A stretch of 34,048 bases of DNA, from NCBI GenBank assembly GCA_000388065.2, contig KB932208.1; one strand, given 5' to 3'. Below are positions 10,906-20,933 of the stretch, in pieces (the stretch's first letter is position 1; each line of letters begins with the position of its first letter). The stretch is from Fonticula alba ATCC 38817. Lineage: Eukaryota; Protista; Nucleariida. A program made the translations under genes and the position numbers. The notes beneath the pieces were generated by a model. It searched no databases, was not told where the DNA came from, and saw only the letters and a program-made list of their open reading frames with translations.

Positions 10906-13900
10906 TCACTGCAGGAGGATGACCAGCTGGTGCAGGGTACGGAAGAGGAGCTGGACATTGGCCGGGTGGAACACGCCGCAGGCGACCTCCCGATGGTCAG
11001 GCCCGAGCATGTGCTCCACCGAGAGGACGAGTTTGACACCGTGGAAGTCCACCTCCCGGCGCTGGCGGGGCAAGAAGAAGAAGATGGACACGCGTCAGAG
11101 ATGGCGGGGGCACCCATGCGGCGAGTGTGGTGGTACTCCCTGTCGGGGCCGGGATGCGACTCGAGAAGGGAGGCGCGGCCGGCGCGCGCGCAGGGGAAAA
11201 AAAAAACAAAGCGCCCGAAGGCCGGGGGAAGGCCGTTGCCCTCGCCGGCCCCCGGGCGGCCGATGTATGTACCTCGAATTGGACAAGGGTCTGATCGGCG
11301 AAAATCCCAAAGAACAGGGCCACCAGATCCTGGCGGGGCAGATGCAGCGGCTCGACCTGGAGACCCGAAACGGAGGGGGAAACCCGCACGCGGGCAATTG
11401 CCACCCCCGGCGGCGGACGGACCACTTCCATGGTGACGATGCCCTCGCTTGGCAGGAGCCCGGCAAAGTGGTGGCTCATCTGGATCTCGGCGTCCTGGTC
11501 GTGGGCGGCCGAGAGCCTGGCCAGGGGGGCGGGGGGGGGGGGGGAGCGGCTTCGGGGTGAGTTGCGGGATGGGCCGGCGACCGAGGGATCCGGGCAGGGG
11601 GCGGGGCTTCGAGCAAAAGCGGGCGAGAAACGGAAAAAAGGACAAAGGCGACAGGGGCAACCCACCGGGCCAGGAAAAGGTGTTGAGCAAGGCGGAAGAA
11701 GACCGGGTCGCGTGGGCCCGCCGAGGCGGGCCCCGGCAGCCGGGCAAGCATGCAGCTCGGCATGCGCAGCCCCCGGTACAGGAGCGTCGGCATCGGGACA
11801 AGACGCAGGCCGGCTGCCAGGCTGAAGCCCGCACGCCGGCGGCTGGTCAGGAGGACGGTCGGCCGATTGCCGAGGATGGCCATGGATGCGGGTGGGTGTG
11901 AAGCTTGGAAGTGGAAGGATGTCCGCTCGCGGGACAGGACCCCGGCTCGGGTGCATGCGTCGCTGGTGGCAACCAGCTGCGCCGCGCTGACAGTCCACTG
12001 GCCATGCCGCGTGGTGATGTTGTATTCCTGCGGCCGGTCAGCCGGCCACCGGGGGGGCGCGGGTGTTTGGCACGGGCACATGCCGGTCAGGGGAAGAAGC
12101 CGGCCGGGGGCGCCAGAGCGGGGAAGGCGGGAGGGCAGCGAGGCATGGTGAAGGGGCAGGGCCAGCGGCGACGCACAAGGCCCATCTGCAGAGGCACGCC
12201 GTCGGAGAAGCAGTGGAGCATCAGCTCCCGGAGGTTTTGATGATGGACACATGGCTTGCCCGAGAGCCCGGGCATGGACACATGGATGTGGGCAAAGACA
12301 ATTTCCTCGATGTCGGTGCAGTATTCCAGGAGGAACTCCGGGTCGCCGGGCCCAAATGGCAGGGCTTCCATGTCGAAGTGCACGCCGTTGACGGGCGGAA
12401 TGCAGGTGTCCGCGGTGCCGGGGCTGGGGCAGGGGCCCGGGGGGGGGGGGGGGGGGGCGGGTAAGCAAACACGCAAACACGCGTACACACATGCACACGG
12501 GGGAGCCCGCGGGGGGCGGGGCCCCAAGGGGCAGGGCACCGGCGTGCGCAACGAACCGAAGGAGGAAGGCCCGATTGCGAAGTCGCACATAGTGGCGGCT
12601 GCCTCGGGGCAGGGCCGAGTGGTGTTCCAGCAGCTGGTATGTTTCCGGGGCCAGGAGCATCAGGCCACGGTGGCCGTGGGGGCCGTTGTCATTTTGGTAC
12701 ATGGAGCCGAGCTCGGCCGGGGCCGCCTCGTAGAAGAGCCGCAGGGGGGCCGGGCTGGCCGCGGCGGTGAGGCCCACCGGCCCGGGAAGCCGGAGGAGCG
12801 CGCTCCGGGGATCCCCAATGAGCGAGAGGGTCATGGGTTGCCCCTGTGAAGAGTCCGTTCGGAGGGAGAACCGGAAGCGGCATGACCGGTCCCTGGTGGC
12901 ATTGGATGGGAGGTAGGCCGATGTGAGAGGCTGCATATGCTGATCGACCATCGAGGTCGGCGTGACGACGAGCCAACGGGACAGCTGGATGAAGAAGGGC
13001 TGCCGAGCGAGAGGGAGGGCGGGGGCGGGGGCATCAGTGGAGGCCCGGGGAGGGGGGCAGGAGGGGGAGGGGAACCATCCGACGGGGGAGAGGGGACAAA
13101 GGGCATCATGCCATCACCCTGCCGAGCTCAATCCCCGGCAATGGAACGGCAAGGTGGGCGACCACCAGGCAGGCGGCTCTTTTCGCGGCCGGCCCCGCCA
13201 CTCAGACCCCCGAGGGGCATCTGCGCCGACATACCTGGCCGACATTCAGAACCGAGCAGTGCGGCGACCAGAAGCAGTCTCTCTCGATCACTTCGTGATT
13301 CAGCCGACCGAGCAGCTGGTCCTGGGGGTCCGCCAGGGCGATGGAGCACTCGATGGTCGTGGCGGCCGGCGCGTGGGCGGCGATGTGGGCACGCGCCCAG
13401 GGGCGCCCGGAGGGGAGCCCGGGGAAGCCGCCGTCAAGCAGCCGAACGCGGCCCTCGGCCAAGGTGGACCGGGGATTCTCATCGGGGCTGCCGGGGAGGG
13501 GGGGAGGGGGCCGGTCAGATGCGGCCGCGCGAGAAGGATCCCCGGGGCGGGCGGGGGGGGGGGGGGGGGGGGAAGGAAAGGGCCCGGTCGCCGGCGCACG
13601 GAGAGTCGGACGAACGCACGACAAAATCGAGAACCACTGGCCGACTTGGAGAAAAATATCCACTCCCGTCACATGGGGAGCCATCATGCGAATGTACCGG
13701 TAGGTGTTCGGGTGGACGAATGTCCGGCCGGCGAGGCGCTGGTGCTGAGCTCGGGCCGGGAAGGATGCACCGGAGGGCATGGGCTGAATGTCGACCGCCA
13801 GGGCCAGGGGCACGTCCGGCTCATCGAAGTGCAGGTAGAAGAGCGGCACGTCCGCCGGCGGGCCGGGGGCATGGGAAGGCAGGAGGGCGACGCGGGTGGC

Positions 13901-16166
13901 CGGGGCGCCGGCCACCCGGCCAAGGGGAGCCGGCTGGGCGTCCTCCGGCCAGCGCATGCGCTCGACCCGGGCCGGGAGCGAGGCGCCCTCCGGGCCGGGG
14001 ATGGCATATGTCTGGCACAGGGCATGGGGTGAGCTTGGCCCGGGGGGGCGTGGCGAAGGCCGAGTGGGGTTTTTTTATTTTCCCCCTTGAGCCCCATGTG
14101 CCCGCAGGCACATGTCGGCGGCGGGAGGGACGAAAGGCACGCACCTCGCCGAGCATCAAGGGGAGGTCCGACAAAGCGGCCAAGGCCGCCTGCACATCGA
14201 CGGGGCCCAGGCTCTCGGGGCCGAGCATGCGCAGGGTGAGCTCGGCCAGCGTGCGCGGCCGGGTGGTCCGCTCGAAGAGCAGCGGCTCGCCATCGTCCCA
14301 GCGGATGGCCGCCGCACTGTCCGAGTGGAGGAGGATCTCATGCTCGGCTGCCTGATCGTCGGAGCTGCGCGCGCGCAGGCCGGCGGGCGGGGGAGGGGGG
14401 ACCAGTCAGCGGGCGGGCCTCGGAGGGGGGCGGGGAAAGAGGCACGGACTTCAGGAGGAAGAACTCCCGATGCCGGGAGAAGTAGAGCCGGGAGGAGGCC
14501 GGCGGTGCCAGCTTCCGGCGCAGGAGGCCCATGGCCCCGGGCGAAAGGAGAGCCTCCCCGCGGCGGGGGCGATCGGAAATGACCACGCGTGCCAGGAGCA
14601 GCAGGGCTCCCGCGTCGATGAGCGACACGGCGGCCGGGACCGCGGGCAGACGGGGGACAAGCGCCTGGAGGAGGAGGGCCGCCCGGCCGGTGGCCACATC
14701 CTCCGGGGTGAATGCTCCGGCGGGCAGCGGATTCCCCTCGTGGTCTTGAAGGAGGGCAACCTCGCCGCACAGGCCCGGCAGGCTGATGGCCTGGCCGGTG
14801 CATAGGGCGAGGCAAATGCCCGACAGGCGTGAGTGCGGGCATTGATGTGTGGACGGCAGTGTGCCTCCATCGATCGACCAATGGATATACATGTGTGTGT
14901 GTGTGTGTGTGTGCGCGCGCGAGCAGGTACGGGTGTGTGCGTGTGTGTATGTGTGAGGGAGCCGCCCAGCCGGGCAGGCTCTCGTGGCGCCTGATCGCAC
15001 CTGGCCGAGGGACAGCGGGACGCCGGTGAAGTGCTGGAGGAAGGTGGCCTCGATGTCCGGCCGGAGGGTGGCCCCGGAGGACGCATGCAGGCGGAGGAGG
15101 GCCATGCGCAGAGCCGGGGGCCGGGGAGCTGGCATGAAGGTGAGCTGCGGATGGCGAGAGGGCGGGAAGAGGGAGTCCAGGTCGTCGGGGTGGGCGAAGA
15201 GGGTCCGCTGGGCCGGGGGCTCGGCCAGGGCCACGGTCCGCACGACAAAGGCCCGGCCTGCGTGGACGAAGTAGGGCTCATGCTCGGCATGCTGCAATGG
15301 CGTGGTGTCCGCGACAAAGAGGACGCCCGGGTAGAGGCGCGACCGGAGGGGCTCGGCCATGTAGAAGAGCGGGCCGGAGGGCGTGTCCAGCAGGGCCATG
15401 CGCTGGGTGCCGCGGACTCGCAGCCACGGGGGGAGGGCGAAAAAAAGCCGCGTCCCCGGGCCAAAGACCCCGACGGACAGGGGCCGGTGGGAGCCCTGCT
15501 CGCGCAAGGCGTCAAACGAAAGGCCGAGCTGGTGCCCGAGCACATGGGCCGGCAGGACCTAGGGCACCGTGTGTCGATGCGAGGCCGAGGGGAGGGGGGG
15601 GGGGGGCGGGCGAGGGGGTGAGCATGGTGGCGCGGCGGGAAGGGGGGCCGGCATGGCCTGGGGCCCGGCCGGTCGGCAGGCTGGCGTACCCTGCCGGTCG
15701 GGACGGGCATGCCCGGAGGCCATGGGGAGAGGTCGCCGGCCGAGAGCACCGCCGCGGGCCGGGGGGCCGGCCCGGCGGCGGCGGGATCCCCCAACGGGCC
15801 CGGAAGATCCACGGTGACACGCAGGTACTCGACGACCGGCGGGTCGGACACCATTTCCAGCTCCAAGCGATCGGTCCCCGGGGGGCAGAGCCGATCGCGA
15901 TCCGCCGGACTGAGATACACCGAGGGGGCATCGTCCTGTGGGAGGGTGTCCAGGGCAATGAGGCATAGAAGCTGGGCCTGGCCGGCGCGAACGTAGCACC
16001 GGGCGAGCGAGCGGCCGTCGAGGGCTTGCCGGAGCAGGGCAGCCGGGCAGGCCAGCTCCCCGGCCGCCAGGAGCATCCCCGGCGGGGGGATCCCCAGCGG
16101 CAGGTCGACCACCGGCGGCCCGGGGCCGGGCACGGGGCGGATCACCACGTGCGGGACCCGGGCCAT
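10906..16166 (-). CDS. ~1230-aa protein of six tandem NSF/CDC48 N-domain-like modules, no AAA domain. Exons (minus) 16166-15690, 15558-15001, 14790-14450, 14364-14145, 14011-13620, 13487-13235, 12999-12557, 12423-12177, 12027-11666, 11516-11273, 11061-10906
   Basis: Ten GT..AG introns (donors gtacgc, gtgcga, gtccgt, gtgcgt, gtgcgt, gtatgt, gttcgt, gtgcgt, gtgggt, gtacat) join into one open frame of 3693 nt from ATG (MARVPHVVIR) to TGA. Recurrent barrel-like motifs: VYLSPADRDRL, LFAHPDDLDSL, ILLHSDSAAAIRWDDGEPL, FVHPNTYRYI, LLAPETYQLL, IQMSHHFAGLL. Recurrent CDC48_2-like motifs: FLQHFTGVPLSLGQAISL, LSDLPLMLGETYAI, CFSDGVPLQMGLEYNI, FFGIFADQTLVQFERREVDFHGVKLVLSVEHM. The gene model is well supported; the fold call is by eye. 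Confidence 0.8.
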
Positions 16167-16629
16167 GGGGAGGAGCAGGGCCGGAGGTGGCAGCGGGCGG
16201 CGGCGGGAGAGGAGGAGGAGGAGTAGAGGTAGGGCAGATGGCAGAAGGGGGTCGGGGCAGATGGGCCGGGTGCCGGGCCACCGCTCGGGTGGGCTGGTCG
16301 CTCTTGTCGAGGGCCGGGGCCGGCATGCTCGCCCGGACGGACTCGCGGGGGGAGGTGACGTGTGTGTCTGTGTGTTGAGATGGCCCCTGTGAGCCGGGCG
16401 GGGACGCGAGCTCCGGGGGCCGAGGGAGCAGGGCGGATCTCGGCCGATCGACTGCCGGCCGCGGGGTCGGCACTTGGCCCGGCTCACCCGCGGCCTCGGG
16501 GGGGGTGGCCCGGTAGACGAGCCGGCTTTCGTGGGCTGAGTGGTCGAGCGGGGGAGCGCGCGCGCGCGCGATCGAAGGGCGCCCACAGGGGCATGTGGAA
16601 AAGTGATCTGGCAGCAAAAGGAAAGGAAT

Positions 16630-16702
16630 AGCCCACTGTGGGGCTCGAACCCACGACCCTGGGATTAAGAGTCCCATGCTCTACCAACTGAGCTAAACAG
16701 GC
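16630..16702 (-). tRNA. tRNA-Lys-CTT: tRNA-Lys(CTT), copy 2 (identical to copy 1)
   Basis: Same 73-nt sequence as 10570-10642. Confidence 0.96.
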
Positions 16703-17395
16703 TGTTCGAGAGAGGAGGGGGACGGCCGAATTTTTGATCCTGCCGCCGGGCGCGTCTCTTGTGGCGGGGTTCCAGGGGGCTGGCCGCGGCGGAACAGTGC
16801 GGGCGGGGGAGTCGGTCGGCATCCGGGCGGGCGGGGGGGGGGACATTGGGTCAAGATGCCGGAGGACGGGCACCGGCGCGCATGCCGGCAGTTCGGCCGA
16901 CTGCTCGACCGGCAGGGGCGCGGCAGGCGTTCTTCCTGTCCCAGGAGCGGGAGCCCAGGCCGGGGGAGGTCCGAGAGAGGGGCACATCCCCAGTCGGGGG
17001 CGGGGGTGCCCGGAAGGATGAAGTCCCCCCGCCCTGGCGAGCGGCGGTGCCGGAGGGGCGGGGCAGCAGCCTTTGCGATGCTGTTCTCTTGGCACATGTG
17101 CCATCGCCTGGGAGGCTCCTGCCGATGTGGGCGACAATGGGTGGCTGTGCCTCGGGGATGGCCCCCGGCGATGGGCGGGTACTTGGCCGGGGCCATCTTT
17201 TCGCCGGCCAACCGGGCATGGGCGCCCTGCGGCCGGTTTGTCGGAGGCTCCGACCGGGATGGCCGCGTGCATCGGCCGCGGGGGGAGAGGCCTGCGGGCT
17301 GGGGGGGGTGTGGGGGCCGGGGGGTGGGCGTGTCCTCGCGCCTCGTCAGGGCTCACGGATAAATGCATGTTCCACGGTCGGGCCTTCACATCCCA

Positions 17396-17467
17396 TCCCG
17401 ATTAGTATAGTGGTGAGAATCCCCGCCTGTCACGCGGGAGGCCCGGGTTCAATTCCCGGATCGGGAG
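17396..17467 (+). tRNA. tRNA-Asp-GTC: tRNA-Asp(GTC), copy 2 (identical to copy 1)
   Basis: Same sequence as 9484-9555, followed by TTTTTT. Confidence 0.97.
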
Positions 17468-17545
17468 ATCTTTTTTGGCAGGCGCTCGGCGCCCCGCCCC
17501 CTCGGCCCTCAGGATAAGTAGCCCGGTCTGGGCCGAGAGCCCCAT

Positions 17546-17619
17546 GGCCGCGTAGCTCAATTGGATAGAGCACCTGACTACGGATCAGGAGGTTGTGTGT
17601 TCGAGCCGCATCGTGGTCA
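17546..17619 (+). tRNA. tRNA-Arg-ACG: tRNA-Arg(ACG)
   Basis: Acceptor GGCCGCG/CGTGGTC, anticodon arm CCTGA-CTACGGA-TCAGG, GTTCGAGCC, T8 terminator. Confidence 0.95.
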
Positions 17620-17892
17620 ATGTTTTTTTTGTTGCCTCGCCAGGCGGGGCCGCCTCTGTCGCGGTCCTTCGGGGGTGAGGGTCCCCCGGTGCGAGGAGAG
17701 AGGGACCCGTCGATGGCGGTGGCCGGGCTTTTGTTGAGCCCGCCACAGGGTCCGCGCGGCGGGATGCCGCCGCCCGGGGGCGTTGTGCGGCCGGAGGGGG
17801 GGTGCTCTCTTCCTGGGACCCTCCACGCGGGCACCCCCTCACTTGGCCGAACCAGAAAAAACACACACACACATACGGCAGGGGACCCTTGA

Positions 17893-18132
17893 TCGACGGC
17901 GAGAGGACCTCCCGACGCCCGGGGGAGACGCTTGACTCGGTCTCGCGCCGGGGAAGGAGGGGGTCCCGCCCCCTCCCCGATGGCCTTGGGCCCCTTTCTT
18001 AGGAGATCGGAAGAGCACACGTCGACGGCGAGAGGACCTCCCGACGCCCGGGGGAGACGCTTGACTCGGTCTCGCGCCGGGGAAGGAGGGGGTCCCGCCC
18101 CCTCCCCGATGGCCTTGGGCCCCTTTCTTAGG
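17893..18132 (+). repeat. 111-bp exact duplication flanking an adapter; probable assembly artefact
   Basis: tcgacggcgagaggacc...cccctttcttagg at 17893-18003 and 18022-18132. Confidence 0.9.
18004..18023 (+). other. Illumina TruSeq adapter contamination
   Basis: Exact AGATCGGAAGAGCACACGTC. Confidence 0.97.
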
Positions 18133-18177
18133 GGGGGGGGGGGGCGAGTCGGAAGGATGGCGGATGAGCAGCTGCCC

Positions 18178-19146
18178 NNNNNNNNNNNNNNNNNNNNNNN
18201 NNNNNNNNNNNNNNNNNNNNNNNNNNNNNNNNNNNNNNNNNNNNNNNNNNNNNNNNNNNNNNNNNNNNNNNNNNNNNNNNNNNNNNNNNNNNNNNNNNNN
18301 NNNNNNNNNNNNNNNNNNNNNNNNNNNNNNNNNNNNNNNNNNNNNNNNNNNNNNNNNNNNNNNNNNNNNNNNNNNNNNNNNNNNNNNNNNNNNNNNNNNN
18401 NNNNNNNNNNNNNNNNNNNNNNNNNNNNNNNNNNNNNNNNNNNNNNNNNNNNNNNNNNNNNNNNNNNNNNNNNNNNNNNNNNNNNNNNNNNNNNNNNNNN
18501 NNNNNNNNNNNNNNNNNNNNNNNNNNNNNNNNNNNNNNNNNNNNNNNNNNNNNNNNNNNNNNNNNNNNNNNNNNNNNNNNNNNNNNNNNNNNNNNNNNNN
18601 NNNNNNNNNNNNNNNNNNNNNNNNNNNNNNNNNNNNNNNNNNNNNNNNNNNNNNNNNNNNNNNNNNNNNNNNNNNNNNNNNNNNNNNNNNNNNNNNNNNN
18701 NNNNNNNNNNNNNNNNNNNNNNNNNNNNNNNNNNNNNNNNNNNNNNNNNNNNNNNNNNNNNNNNNNNNNNNNNNNNNNNNNNNNNNNNNNNNNNNNNNNN
18801 NNNNNNNNNNNNNNNNNNNNNNNNNNNNNNNNNNNNNNNNNNNNNNNNNNNNNNNNNNNNNNNNNNNNNNNNNNNNNNNNNNNNNNNNNNNNNNNNNNNN
18901 NNNNNNNNNNNNNNNNNNNNNNNNNNNNNNNNNNNNNNNNNNNNNNNNNNNNNNNNNNNNNNNNNNNNNNNNNNNNNNNNNNNNNNNNNNNNNNNNNNNN
19001 NNNNNNNNNNNNNNNNNNNNNNNNNNNNNNNNNNNNNNNNNNNNNNNNNNNNNNNNNNNNNNNNNNNNNNNNNNNNNNNNNNNNNNNNNNNNNNNNNNNN
19101 NNNNNNNNNNNNNNNNNNNNNNNNNNNNNNNNNNNNNNNNNNNNNC
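18178..19146. other. Assembly gap (N run)
   Basis: N bases. Confidence 1.
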
Positions 19147-19223
19147 CCTTTCCCCCCCCCCCCTCCCCCTCCCTCCTCCTCGCCTGCCTTGTCCGTCGGT
19201 GCCTGACCCTTGGACGGAGCGCG

Positions 19224-20894
19224 ATGGCCCGCGGCCGAGTGCCTCCCGGCACATGGGGCCCCTGGCGGTCTTTGCCCGTCTTGGCGATCCTCCTGCTCGT
19301 GGGGCTGCTGGCCTCCCGGCCGGCGGGCGCCTGGCTGCGGACGATCGGGGATCGCTTTGTGTCCGAGCCGCCGACCGTCGTGCCGGAGGTGCACCTCGTG
19401 CGATCTGCCCGGCCCTTGTCCCCGATCGAGCCCGGCCCCTTCCTGGGCACCTATGTGGCCGGCCGCAGTGCGCAGCTGATCCGGCCCCTGATCAACCGCC
19501 AGGCCAATGTCTTTTCCCAGTGGGATCCCCAATCCAGCCCCCTTTCCCTCGACCGAGTGGGCGTCCACTTTTCGCCCACCCCACAGAGCACCCTCGGCAG
19601 TAGCATGCCCTTCGGGCCGCGGGACTACCCGATGGAGCCCGTGCCGAGCCTCTCCGGCCAACCGGCCCTCATGGGCATCCAGCCCGACTCGCTGGTGCTC
19701 GTGCTCGGGTCCGGGGAATACACCCACCAAGTGGGCACATTCAGCGTTCTGGCCGCGTCGGCCATAGACGAAAACTTGGTGGAGCTGCTGATCCGGCGCG
19801 ATGACATCGGTGACATCATGTTTGCTTGGCTCCAGGCCAACGATCTCCACCTCAGCCTGGTTCACCCGCCGGCCCAGATGGACCTGGCCGGCATCCGAGC
19901 GGCCGCCGGATTGGGGGGCAACTTTCACATGTGGCATGGCGAGTACTATGGCCGGGTGCTCTTGACGCCGGTCAGTGCTCCTGCCACCGGCCTGGCCGAC
20001 AGCCCGGGCCGGCCCGAAGCCCAGACCCTCCAGCAGGCCATCGTCAGTGCGACTTCCACCTCGGCCTGGCCCGGTCTCGCGGGAAGCCGCTTTTTGGATG
20101 TCCGCCCCACGCGACTGGTGCCCGGCAATGTGGAAGACACGGTGGCCCTGTTGGATAGTGGGATGGTGGTCATTTGCCGGGGTGGCCACTTGGCTGATTG
20201 CGCGAGTCCCCTTGTCATCGGCCTGCCGGGGCAGCTGTCCGCCAGCGCGCGCCTCATGGTCCCCTCCCCGAAGGACCTGGCCGGCCAGGCCATCGCATGG
20301 CTACAGGTGTATGATCCGCCGCCTTCGGGCCAGGCCCCGGTCATTTGGCATGCGGTCTTGGTGCCCGGGCGGGGGGATTTCATTCGCTGGCTGAAGCTGG
20401 TCCTGCCGCCGGGGGCCGGGTCCGCTGAGCCCTCCCTGAGGCCGATTCGCCTGGCATCCTCGGACCCGACATCGTCGAATTGGGTATTGGCCTCGAAATG
20501 GATCTTCCTCGATCCGGTGGCCTTCCGCTGCGACACGGACCGAAGCATCATCTGCAGCACCCCGGGCAATGTGCTGTCCAATGCCGATGGGTGGAAGTGC
20601 GCCCCGGGTCGAGAGCTGTCCTTCCTGGCAGGGCAGGAGGAGCTCTGTGCCGGATGCGCCGCGGGCTGGATGCTGACACAGGCTCCCTCGGGTCAACGTA
20701 CGCCCCTTTCACCGTGGGCCCGCCATTTGGCTCGTTCGGGGGTTCTTTTTTCCTGTCCTCCTGCCCGCCTGTCGGGCCGGGTGCCTGGGTTCCGGCTTTC
20801 CTGACCCCCCCCCCCCCCTGCTTGCATTGGCTTCCCTCTTGCCGGCGAGCCTGGCTTTCGAGCACGACCCTGGGCCGATCTCTGACCACCCTGC

Positions 20895-20933
<39 letters not shown>

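Noticed and set aside
9008-18132. Direct repeats as a CRISPR array or transposon termini
   Set aside because: The context is eukaryotic, there are only two copies each, no transposase or RT was found, and one pair surrounds a sequencing adapter.
20368-20376. RGD motif in domain A of kinase 2
   Set aside because: It is not conserved in paralog 3 and is expected by chance in GC-rich coding sequence.
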